A DNA stretch of 63,246 bases, filler included, from Olpidium bornovanus S191 (Eukaryota > Fungi > Olpidiomycota), in NCBI GenBank assembly GCA_017911155.1. It is 30 parts of 30 records of this genome, joined end to end, with 100 filler letters (N's around TTAATTAATTAA, not from the genome) between each part and the next. Parts side by side here need not be neighbours in the genome. Positions count along the whole stretch, not along the records: positions 47,815 to 51,236 come from JAEFCI010003656.1; positions 51,337 to 53,081 come from JAEFCI010004388.1; positions 53,182 to 54,471 come from JAEFCI010003985.1; positions 54,572 to 56,019 come from JAEFCI010011550.1; positions 56,120 to 57,123 come from JAEFCI010007985.1; positions 57,224 to 58,502 come from JAEFCI010013083.1; positions 58,603 to 63,246 come from JAEFCI010000844.1; 23 more parts are not named here. One strand, written 5' to 3'. Under the pieces are notes generated by a model, which did no database searches, was not told the origin of the DNA, and worked only from the letters and a program-made list of their open reading frames with translations. The translations under genes were made by a program, and so were the position numbers. Positions within the stretch are counted from its first letter, which is position 1. Each line of letters opens with the position of its first letter. Of this stretch, positions 48,108 through 58,868 are shown piece by piece.

Positions 48108-48404
48108 GATCACGATGCCGATCGCGATGCATTCGTTCTTTTTTCTGCGATCACGATGCCGATCACGATTCCGATCGCGACGCCGATCACGATGCCTTCG
48201 CTCCTTTTTTCAGTCACGATTCCAATCACGATGCTAATCAAGATGCCGATCACGATGCCGATCACGATGCCGATGGCGATGCCTTCGCTCTTTTTTTCGG
48301 CCAGTCACGATGCCGATCACGATGCCGATTGCGATGCCGATTGCGATGCCGACTGTGATGCCTTCGTTCCTTTTTTCTCTCAATCACGATGCCGGCACGA
48401 TGCC
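48108..48404. repeat. Higher-order repeat: arrays of GATCACGATGCC 12-mers separated by TTCGYTCYTTTTT linkers
   Basis: About 18 12-mers in five blocks separated by four related T-rich linkers. Confidence 0.9.
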
Positions 48405-49612
48405 TTCTGATAACCGTTGAGCCCTTTGACACCGGTCATGCATTTTCGGTAGGTTTTGCCAATACGGATGGGGGGCGTAGTTGGGCTATATCAGCACCCT
48501 CCTTCTGACGATAAAGCCCCTTGAGTCCATTTGACACCGGATGTGTATTGGAAAAATATGTAACCTATGTGATACGGCAACTTCCTTCCTTTGGCGACCT
48601 TTCAGCGGAGATAACCCACGCTTCCGGCGGGAGCCGGTCAGCCGTCACACACCCCACCTGCCCCATTGGGTGGGAGCCGGGCATAACCGGCACAACTTCA
48701 CCTCCTGTCACCATTCATAGCGCAAAAAAAAAATAGACGACGGCGCCCGCCCAAAAGAAAATAAAATAGAAATTGAATGATGGTTCCGACCACGCCACCT
48801 GGTGGCGACGACGACGATGAAGACGACGGTGCCAACCGCGCCACACGGTGGTGCCGACGACAACGGCGTCATCCACGGCGACGCGGCAGCGACATTACGA
48901 TGGCACCAATGACGGCGACGAGGACGACGAGGATTACGACGATGAGGGCGGCGGCGGCGGCGGCGGCGGCACCAAATGCTTTATAATTCCATGACTCTCT
49001 CATCTCTCTCTCGCTCTCTTGCCGGCATCGCGCGTGCGCGCATCTCTTCTTTTTTTTATTTGTTTGGTTTTTGTTTTGCGGCCGCCAGAAGGAAGAAAGG
49101 GCTGGCGGCGGAAGGTGGCGTTGTGCCGGGCCTGGCCGGATTTGTCCTTTGAAAAAGTATGGAGGACAGTGGAGGCGTGTGGTGGCTGACATGGCGCTGC
49201 CTCCCTTCCTTCCTTCTTTCCTTCCTTCCTTCCTTCCATCTTTTCCTTCTTTCTTTTCCTTCCTTCCTTCGTTGCCGGCATCGCGCGGCTTCCCCCCCCC
49301 CCCCCGCCTCCGCCCCATGGCGGGCGCACTGGACTTCGTCCGTTCGACCACACGGTACGCTTGGGAGAGTCCGGGCGGGTCCGCCCTCCGGGGCCCTTGC
49401 GGCGGCAGACTCATAGCGACGGGCAGGCGCAAGCGGGGAGGCCGGCGCCGCGCTGCCGCGCCGCGCGCCAAGAGCGCCGCGGAGTAGGACCGCGCGGCAA
49501 ACGCACTTGGCAGACGCCTCGACCCGGTGTGCGAGAGGCACGGTCTTGCACCTTGCGCGAGACACCAGCCTGGAAGTATGGCGGGGTTCCTGCCCAACGG
49601 AGGGCAGGCGGC

Positions 49613-49960
49613 CGGGCGCCGCCATGCCCGTGCCCCTAGAACGAGGGCATGCGGGCGGCGCCGTGCCCGTGCTCCCAGAGAGGAGGACCGGCGGGCGGCG
49701 CCGTGCCCGTGCCCGCAGGGAGGAGGACCGGCGGGCGCCGCCGTGCCCGTGCCCCTATGGAGGAGGACCGGCGGGCGCCGTGCCCCATGGAGAAGGACCG
49801 GCGGACGCCATCCTGCCCGTGCACCCCGCAGGCGGACGCCGTCCTGCCCGTGCCCCATGGAGCGCAGGCGGGCGCCGCCCTGCCCGTGCCCCATGGAGCG
49901 CAGGCGGGCGCCGTCCGGCCCGTGCCCCATGGAGTGCAGGGGGGCGCCGCCATGCCCGTG
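49613..49960. repeat. GC-rich minisatellite, ~10 imperfect 30-42-bp units with a TGCCCGTGCCCC core
   Basis: Core near 49625, 49664, 49704, 49745, 49780, 49814, 49844, 49880, 49918 and 49953; the last units have a 36-bp period. Confidence 0.85.
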
Positions 49961-51336
49961 TCTTACGAAGGGGTCTACTGTGGGGACTATTCGAAATGAG
50001 CATCGCACCTTGGAAGGTTAAGTTGGAAGACCTGAAGAGGTATCATGCGCGTGTGCTTGGCTGACGGTCGGAAAGGGAGAAGGTATCACCACAGGGCGAG
50101 GGCACAATCGATGCCCGGGTGGCGACCCAGCGCTGGTTGCAGAAATGCGACAAAGCTCAGAACCCTTCGTACCTGAGAGCGACGGCGGCCATGATCCTAA
50201 CAGATTTTATGTGGTGAACAGTGTTTTGTTTCATGGGAGAATGGCTGCCATCACTTTGCTTGGTCCGTTGGGCAGCACCGTATAATGATCCCGTGTATGA
50301 CTGCGAGATCAATAGCCGATCCTTCGATCGGCAGCCAGGGGCTAGGTTACCACCTGCACTGCGTGATTATTAAAAGCCGTTCCCCGCTCCTGAGCATTTG
50401 CCGCATATCAGACGTTAGACCATGTCCCCAGGAAGAGCCATGAGCTTGCCGCACCGACGGCTTCGTCGATCAGACCCTCGACGACGCCTGAGACGGCATG
50501 GGCGCCTCCAGGTGCAGGTGCTGGGAAGCGCACCAGAAAACGCAGACGGAAACTGAAGGACGACGGGCCCGATAAACTGCCCAAGAAAGTAACGAAGAAG
50601 CGACCAGACGGATACGTAGGCGATATGACGGATACGTTGGCGATAGTACATTTTGACAGAACTTGCAAGAACAAGTCCTCACGTACAGAATACTGGTAGA
50701 TGGTGACTACCGAAGCACACAGTGGAACGGAAGCGGAACTCAGCGATATACCCCAGGTGACTTGCGGGATGCTTGTTGAGCACACCCGTGGCGGTTCGGC
50801 AATAGTCACCACACTTCCACTCTACATGGTCAGCGGTGGTGCATCTTCTTTACGACAGCCAGTGTCAGACCGAGAATCCCTTGGGTGCCCCGCAATGGTT
50901 GCCCTCCTCAGCAGGGACGTCGAGTCTGAAGAAAGGGAAGAAGGTAGGAGGCTTACGCGCCCAAGCATAAGTCACCGCTGCACCATTCTGGATCACGTTC
51001 GCGCTGTCTTGATCGATTCAGGTTTTTCTATAGACCTCTGAGATGAAGTGTGGCAAGCGGTCACTCACATTTACAGCCGATCGCCACACACACCTTTTAG
51101 GAAGGCAGGATGCCATTCCAATACCTCACGGTTTCTGACCCACGGCAAGTTGCCCATCTTCACGTGCATTCGCATTCTTGGCTGTCGTCCTTACTACCAT
51201 GTTTTGAAGGCAGGACGATTATCCAAGCTCGGGGACNNNNNNNNNNNNNNNNNNNNNNNNNNNNNNNNNNNNNNNNNNNNTTAATTAATTAANNNNNNNN
51301 NNNNNNNNNNNNNNNNNNNNNNNNNNNNNNNNNNNN

Positions 51337-51600
51337 AAGCTGGTGGAGGCCCAGGGTGAGTTAGCAGAGGCGCAATCAGAGCTCAGAGAAGCGCCTTCTC
51401 AGCTCAGCGAAACAAGACATCTCCTCGAAGAAGCAAACGAAAAACTCAGGGAGCATGGGATCACCTCCGATCCGCCACCAGAGGCGCTACCTTCGCCGGG
51501 CGCAATAGCCATGCTTCGAATCGATGATTCGGAACATGACGTGGAAATGACGGGCGCAGCGACAGCTCTCTGTATCGAGATTCTCATGGGTTGTTTAGGC
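51337..51600 (+). CDS. Coiled-coil protein fragment
   Basis: Heptad pattern LVEAQGELAEAQSELREAPSQLSETRHLLEEANEKLREHG at the contig start. Confidence 0.4.
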
Positions 51601-52856
51601 GAGACATCTTTTGATAGCACTTCCGCCATTTTTTCTCTTCTTTTTTATTTTTTTTTTTTTTTTTTTTTATCTTTCGGCTAAGTAAAGCCACACTGCAAAA
51701 AAAAAACCGCTCATCATTGCGCGTCCCGCGATCGCGAGCGAGCGAGTTGCCCAGAACTTTTTTTTTAAAAAAACAACTATGGCCAGGCAAAACTTTGCGG
51801 CCGTCGGGAACAAATGACGTACGAATTCAGAACAGAAACGCTTGAAGTTGGAAAAAGAAAAACGCGAACGCCGGAAACACTGACGGAACGAGCGGTGGAA
51901 GAATGGCATCGTAATTAACTGCCACCGTCACCCACGCCGCAGACAGATATCGATTATAAATCAGTATAACGTTGAGAGGGGTGCGATGAGGAACTTCGTG
52001 CACTAAATCTGTAACTGGTCGGAACTGCATCCAAACAATTCACAACCTGCGTTACAGGGGGTCGCCTGGGTCGGATGACCTATGGCCTATGACACGTCCT
52101 GGCTAGAAAAATTCAAAGCCGGGCTTTGAAGGGCTTCTGCAAAGCAAAGAAAGGGGGCGCGATTATGGAGGAGCAACCGACGTTTTCACCGGGAATGCGG
52201 GAGGCGCGTTCGGCGGCGGCGTCTGTAGTAGGCGGGGGGGGGGGGCATCCTGGGAAAAGCGCGCAGAAGGGGGTGCGAGAAAAAGGGACTTTGCTGGAGA
52301 AGCGAGAAAGGACGGAGAGAAGCGAGCGCGAGGAAGCCGAGTGAACCGCCACGATGATCTGGTTTTTTTTTTTTTTTTTTTTTTTTTGGGGAGGAGGGGG
52401 AGTTGTAACGAAGATCGGCGCGGCGAAGGCCGTCTTGATTGCAGGAAGAAGAGTTCGTTCAAATCGCAGGCGCGTACGTGAGAACCGCGGCAAACGTAAG
52501 CGGCAAAAAGCCCGGCGCGAAGGAGTGTATAAGAAGAAACCGCGGCAAACGAAGAGGAAAATGGGCTGGCGCGAAGGCGCGCCGCCGCAATGGTGCAGGC
52601 GATGGGCCGGCGCAGTCGCAGAAGGGATCGTAAACCGGTTGGCCTTTTTGGTTTCGAAACGGCTGAGAACTTCGTTTTGGAGCCGACTCACGAGCTGTCT
52701 ATCTAACGCCATAAATGAATTGAACATGAACTATGGGAGAGCTCAAACATCCAACACGCAGGTATGAGCGTGAGGCAAAAGCCCTGGGGAATGTGCTGTG
52801 GACCGCACCCCGGCCACACCTCCCCCCGGCCTCCTTGCGAACAAATAAAACAACGT

Positions 52857-53008
52857 ACCACTGCAAAGTGAGAATTGAAATCACCGATGATCAGGATGAA
52901 AGCAAAACCAAAATCATGCGGATCATTCCATTTTACCGTTACACACTTGAGGTGGGTGAGAAGGGTGAGTGTTGATACCTTGCACGTAAAATCCAAGTGA
53001 GCAACCAT
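52857..53008 (-). pseudogene. Possible endonuclease/exonuclease/phosphatase (APE-like) fragment
   Basis: ILIIGDFNSH matches the hhhGDFN motif. No other EEP motif is visible. Confidence 0.3.
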
Positions 53009-53181
53009 TCAATGATAGTAAAACAGCCGGACATATTTTACTACGTAGAACTGGTGCAGGTGGACACAATGGATCTTGGTGNNNNNNNNNNNNNNNNNNN
53101 NNNNNNNNNNNNNNNNNNNNNNNNNTTAATTAATTAANNNNNNNNNNNNNNNNNNNNNNNNNNNNNNNNNNNNNNNNNNNN

Positions 53182-53285
<104 letters not shown>

Positions 53286-53531
53286 CCCCGCCCCCGCCAC
53301 CCCCCGCTCTTTCTCCGCGGAGTGTTGCACGCTGCTGAAGGTGCCCCCCCCCCCCTTCCCCAGCCGCACGCGTCTGACACGTTGGCCGTTTCGTCCGCGC
53401 AGAACCAAAGTGTCGGAATGTCGAAAGGAAAGACGGCAAGAGCGCGGCAAAAGAAGCGGTAATGCGTCTGCGGTAGCCCCCGCTGTTTGCGCGACAGTTT
53501 GCCAGTCGCGCGCGGGTTTTGGCGCTTGCAG

Positions 53532-53954
53532 ACCGCAGGACGCTCACGCAAACACCTCAAAAACGTTGATGACAGGGCAAGGCCTCACCCGTTTGAAAAC
53601 GCCTTAAGGCAGCGGGAAAAGGAGCGTCAGGAGCGCGAGGCAGAGAGAGAGGTGTGTGTGTGTGTGTGTGTGTTCCAGCACGAGGAAGTCAAAACCAGCT
53701 TGGTATTTGGAGCGGAAGAGCTCTCTGGACTTTCGTCGCGCCGCTACGTTATCTCACAGAAAGATTTTCCGCCGATTTTTCTCGCACATCCCCAGCGTAA
53801 GCGGAAAGAGCGCGAGGAGCGTGAGCGCGGCAGGGAGGCGTACTACAGAGCGCGAGAATCGACGCACAGGGCGCTGTCTAAACGAACGAGTCGCGGACAG
53901 CCGGTGATGCGGAATCAGATCAAGCACCTCCTGTCGAAGATTAGGCAGTTGTGA
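53532..53954 (+). CDS. FYV7: rRNA-processing protein FYV7/CCDC59 family, C-terminal exons
   Basis: RPHPFENAL..., in-frame intron 53652-53795, then ...ALSKRTSRGQPVMRNQIKHLLSKIRQL*, matching the K.T..GQP.M...I..LL.KI terminus. Confidence 0.8.
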   Translation, partial: TAGRSRKHLKNVDDRARPHPFENALRQREKERQEREAEREVCVCVCVFQHEEVKTSLVFGAEELSGLSSRRYVISQKDFPPIFLAHPQRKRKEREERERGREAYYRARESTHRALSKRTSRGQPVMRNQIKHLLSKIRQL

Positions 53955-54957
53955 AAGTAACCGTCGGCTTAACCGTCGCCAGACAAAAAGCACTGCGGGT
54001 CGGCGTGAAAATCGCCCAAAGTTTACTGTCCCAAAACGGGCGAGGTCGAGCGGCCGACCGGACGAATTTTATAATTTAAAAAGGCCCGTCTCGTGAAACT
54101 TCCGAGAACTTGGGTGGCTTTCCGGGCAGTCGTGAAAGCGGTTGGGGCGCTGGCGCCTCCCCTCCCTGAAATCCCCGGGCCCCGCCGGCCTGCCGGGCCT
54201 TGTGTACCGGGACTACCCTTGCCCTCCCGGCATTCGCGTTTCCGGACCGGCACCCCAGTTTGTAGCCCGCGAGCTTGGTGTGGTATTCGGGAAGTCGACA
54301 GATATCTTTAATAACGCAGCGGCGCAGGAGGGAGTTGGATCTCGTCGCCTCATGCCTCTCTTCCGAAGATTTCAGTCCTCACGGCGCATCGCCTTGGCGA
54401 CACTCCCTGGTTCCGGATCATCTATCTCCAGGGAGGAGATGGTCTCAGCCAAACACGAAGGCAAACGCTCCNNNNNNNNNNNNNNNNNNNNNNNNNNNNN
54501 NNNNNNNNNNNNNNNTTAATTAATTAANNNNNNNNNNNNNNNNNNNNNNNNNNNNNNNNNNNNNNNNNNNNGAGACCGGCCGCGTGGCATTTCCTTTCCC
54601 CCGCAGCGTTTCAGACCAGGCATCGAAACAGTTGTGAGAGAGCCATCGAAACAAAAGAAAAAAAAAATTAGAGTTTCGCCTGATCGTCCATGGCGCGTGT
54701 CTTCCTTCCCCCACGCCCCCCGCCAAAAAAAAAAAAAAAAAAAAAAAAGAGGCAGGAACTACCTCGGGAGGGGGGAGAGGACGCGAAGAAGAAAAAACGG
54801 CTGGTGGACTGCCTGGGCACCGGGGAAGAGACGGCGCGCGAACGCAGCCGAAAACGGGCGGCGACGGTTGCGTTAGCGGGGGCGGAGCCGGAGCCGGGTA
54901 GCGGGGAGGAAGGAGGGGGGGGGGGGAAGGGGGGGGGCGAAGGGGGGAGCGGGGACC

Positions 54958-55980
54958 ATGTCGTTGGCGAAACCTCTCGCCTCGTTCTCAGACTGGTGGG
55001 CGCGCAACCGGAAGCTGCACGGTGCGGAGCTTCTGCTCACGCTGAGCTACGTGTACTTCCTGCAGGTCCTCCCTCGCCCTCTCAAGACGATTTGCAAGCG
55101 CCTTATTTCGCCCGAGCTCATTGCGCAACGCCAACCCCCCCCCCCCCCCCCCCTCCGTTGTCCCTTTATCCCCAACAGGGTGCCCGCAGTTATGTCGACA
55201 AGGTGATCAAGTATATCTTCCTCACGGAGATTGGCGGCAGCACCGGCGCGCTCACAAGTATGATGGGCGCTGCCCACATCGCCTGGGTATACTGGCTGCG
55301 ATCAGTCCCGCTGTTAAGAGGCTTCCTTTGCGCCGCTGCGTTCTAATATGTTGTCAAAAAAACAGATGCAGAAGTGGGCACTCGGCCTCTTCTTTGACAA
55401 TTTTCCCATTTTGGGCTACACAGTCAAGCCCTACTTCCTGCTTGCGGCGCTGCTTGGGTTCATCGTGCAGCCGCTGTTGGGCATACCAGCCGTGACGGGC
55501 AGCGTGGCCACAATGGGCGTCGTTTTCGGCCTCGTGCAGACATACGGCGCCGTTGCCGACGTTCTGGCAGACGCCCTGGTCGTTAAAACGGGCCGCAAGG
55601 ACGAAGAGGATGCCTCCTCGGGCCTGCAGTCCCTCTCCTGGTTCAGCCTCGGTGTCGGCGCCTGCCTGTCCTCCCTGGTCGGTGGCGTCCTCGTCACCGC
55701 CAAAGACGGTGGCGAGGGCGCGGACTTGATAGACTCGCGTGGCGCCCGCGGGTTCATGCTCGGCATGACCGCCATGCCGTGCGTCTTGTTCCTCCTGGTC
55801 TTGCGTCTAAGGGAGGAAAAGACGAACTTTCGCCCGGGGTTTCGGGCCTTCTGCCGGCAGGCCGTCCGCCTCTTCCTCGCCTTTTTCTCCCCGCCATTCC
55901 TTGTCCTGCGCTGCGCTTTGTGGTCTGTCGTCAGTGGGGCCGCTTCCTTCGACCTCGACACTCCTTATACCGCGTTCCAG
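54958..55980 (+). CDS. BT1/FBT family folate-biopterin transporter (MFS), 3' truncated
   Basis: Exons 54958-55065, 55179-55286 and 55366-55980 give YVYFLQG, IAWMQKWALGLFFDNFPILGYTVKPY, AVADVLADALVV and SGLQSLSWFSLGVG. Confidence 0.85.
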
Positions 55981-56337
55981 GTTAGTCAGAAGAAGTGTGA
56001 AATGTAAACAAAAAAAAAANNNNNNNNNNNNNNNNNNNNNNNNNNNNNNNNNNNNNNNNNNNNTTAATTAATTAANNNNNNNNNNNNNNNNNNNNNNNNN
56101 NNNNNNNNNNNNNNNNNNNCCCCCGCCGCACCGCTTCTCCACGCGCCCAAACTATCCGGTTGATCATTCCTCTCTACTGTATTTTTCTAATAAAGCGGTT
56201 GTCTAAGGAATTGTCTACGACATGTTTTAAACCAGGAACCCACCCACGCCGCCCAAGGGCCTACTTTCCCTCACGCAACGGGGCGCTTCTACTACTTTCA
56301 AAAAAAAAAACCGCGGCGTAAACCGGAGATTGAAGCA

Positions 56338-57060
56338 CTAGAAGAAGAGCTCGGGAGAAACCATGTCGTACGAATGCAGCGCGGCGATTTCACTGTACGC
56401 CTCAAATGCGGGCGAGTGGATGCCGTTCATGCCGGTCGTCGAAATTATGGCTTGGAAGTTGGGGCCCCAGCTGGCAAAGAGCCGGAGGTCCGCGAACACT
56501 TCCTCCGTCGCTTGGATAAACGCGACGCAGATTTGGCGGGCGGTATTCGACCCGGAGACGTGGGTCGTGGCGAACTCCACGACGGCCTTGACCCTGAGTA
56601 GGCGCTCCTCCAACATCTGGGCAAAGTGGGGATCGCCGATGTCCGCGGTGCCGGGGTAGAGCGGCGGGGATTGGACAGGCACGGCGGAGGGAAGATCGGC
56701 CAGCAGCGACCGGAAGAGCGAGATCTGGATCGCTTTTAAGTACTCGCGGATGGTTAGCTCGCCGAAATCTGGAGAAAAAACTTGAGGAAACTGCGGGACA
56801 GGCTCGATGGCCTCCGCGCCGGCCCGCGGGACTGCATCGGATACCAGTCTATGGAGATACAAGAGTTTACCCAACCGGACCTCATCGGGGTAAAAATAAA
56901 TGGCGGATGTTGCCGGCTGTTCGTAGGCGATGTTGTGTAAAACTCCAGCAGCGCCGCAGAAAAGGCTCTCGAGACGATCCCCGACGCTCTTGGCCGCGAA
57001 TTCGCGGGACGGCCTATAAAACCAGGCGAAGAAAGAGTTAGCCGAGGGAATTGCGACCTG

Positions 57061-57063
<3 letters not shown>
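56338..57063 (-). CDS. C-terminal exon of an unrecognised protein
   Basis: About 240-codon open frame with natural composition after a poly-T/CAG acceptor, ending in TAG. Confidence 0.65.
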
Positions 57064-57110
<47 letters not shown>

Positions 57111-57639
57111 ACAAAAACCCCCCNNNNNNNNNNNNNNNNNNNNNNNNNNNNNNNNNNNNNNNNNNNNTTAATTAATTAANNNNNNNNNNNNNNNNNNNNN
57201 NNNNNNNNNNNNNNNNNNNNNNNAGCTACCGTTCGTGAAAGCTACCTCCGCCGCACGTTGTTTGCACAAGGTCAGTCGTCATTTTTGAAACTTTGGCCGG
57301 CGGAGATGGCCGCCCGCTGTGGGCAGTCGTCAACTTTCCCCGCTGCTGGACCACGTTTCTTGCCGGAGTTGGCCGCAGACTGTGCGCAGTCGGGAACGCC
57401 CCCATGTCGGAAAGCGCGTACCTGGCCCCCCGCCGGGAATCTGGCTCCTCGCGGCCGAGTGCCACGTTAGCTCGGGAATAAGGGGTGGCCGGAAACGGGA
57501 CCTACTGCCCGAGTACGTGACGTCTTCGCTGTCCTGGACCACGTTCCTTGCCGAGGCTCTCAAGGGTGCGCGTAATCTTCCGGGGTGGGCCACGCAAGTG
57601 GTCGTCGTATTGAAGGCCGGGAGTCGCGCGTGGTCGAAG

Positions 57640-58502
57640 TGAATTCTTTGCCCTTCAATCACTGTCAGCCAGCCCTTCCCAGTGGTACTGTGTCTCCAGA
57701 GGACGCACAGCATGTTACCCAGGAAGGTTCCAACCTCTGAGGAAGGCTGGAACTGTTTAACGCGTCCATTGGAAAGCTGCTAACTTCCTGCAACCGCCGG
57801 GGTTTTTTTTCCCTCCATGAGGGTTTTTTTTCCCTTGAAAAAGAAAAGGGAAGCTTGTCAAACGCCTCCACGTGGTGCTTCCTGGGCAACGGTCTCTGCC
57901 AGTGCAGAACCGGCTAAGTTTGACATCAGCGATATCGGCGGCCGTCCAAAAAAAAGAAGTAAAAGGAGGTACAACTATATAAAAGATGAGGGCTTGCAGC
58001 GCGACAACGGGCCAGCTGGGGACAGGCACATCGAGATTACCAGAAGGTGGATGAGATGACAACGGACTCTTCCAGTTGACTGGGGTGCGCGGGGTGCCAC
58101 GGCCCAACAGGCGCATTTTTATGTGACATGTGTTGGCATCAGTGTGACTAGTCCAGGGAGCAAATGGGCGGGTGTGCAGGCAGCTCGGGTCAGAGCTTCC
58201 GTCACGGTTCGTGCGTGGAGGAATGTGTCAGGTCTTGATCGACGAAAGCAAACACCCTGCGACCACTGCAGGGAACTAAGCGCTGCCACCGCCGGCACCT
58301 GTTCCAAGAGGCCGTGCGGCTGCTCAAGGGGCGGCGGGTGCGCTTCCACGTGGACCGGATCTGTGGATTGGAAGTGCTACGATTCGTCTTGACGCCAGTC
58401 GTCTCGACACCCGACATCCCGATCCACTACACGTATGCGCTCTTTGACGCGTTGTTCGAGGTGTTCTTTGTTGCACTCTTCGGTGGGTTAATGGGCGCCA
58501 TG
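57640..58502 (+). mobile_element. Highly degenerate DIRS-like RT/RNase H relic (tentative)
   Basis: Ordered weak motifs LPFN, SPEDAQHVTQ...L..LELFN..IGK, WCFLG and LLKGRRVRFHVD, with stops and frameshifts. No YxDD motif is seen. Confidence 0.3.
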
Positions 58503-58868
58503 NNNNNNNNNNNNNNNNNNNNNNNNNNNNNNNNNNNNNNNNNNNNTTAATTAATTAANNNNNNNNNNNNNNNNNNNNNNNNNNNNNNNNNNNNNNNNNN
58601 NNCATGTGCATCCCGCATTGGTTCCAGGGCAAGAAGAGCACAACAGGATCAGCTTATGCTGTACGATTGATTACCAGATGCCATTACCGCGTTCAAGAAA
58701 GTGCTGAATCGGCGCATTTTTGGTGTAGTGGTCACCTTTTGGATCTGAAATTCCTGCATAAAACTAACGTCGACCCAACTCCACCCGGTAAGATGTGACA
58801 TAATTCGGAGACGCACAAAGTGGAAAACGAGCGTAAAACATCCCACCCGCGAATGCTTTCGTCTCCTC

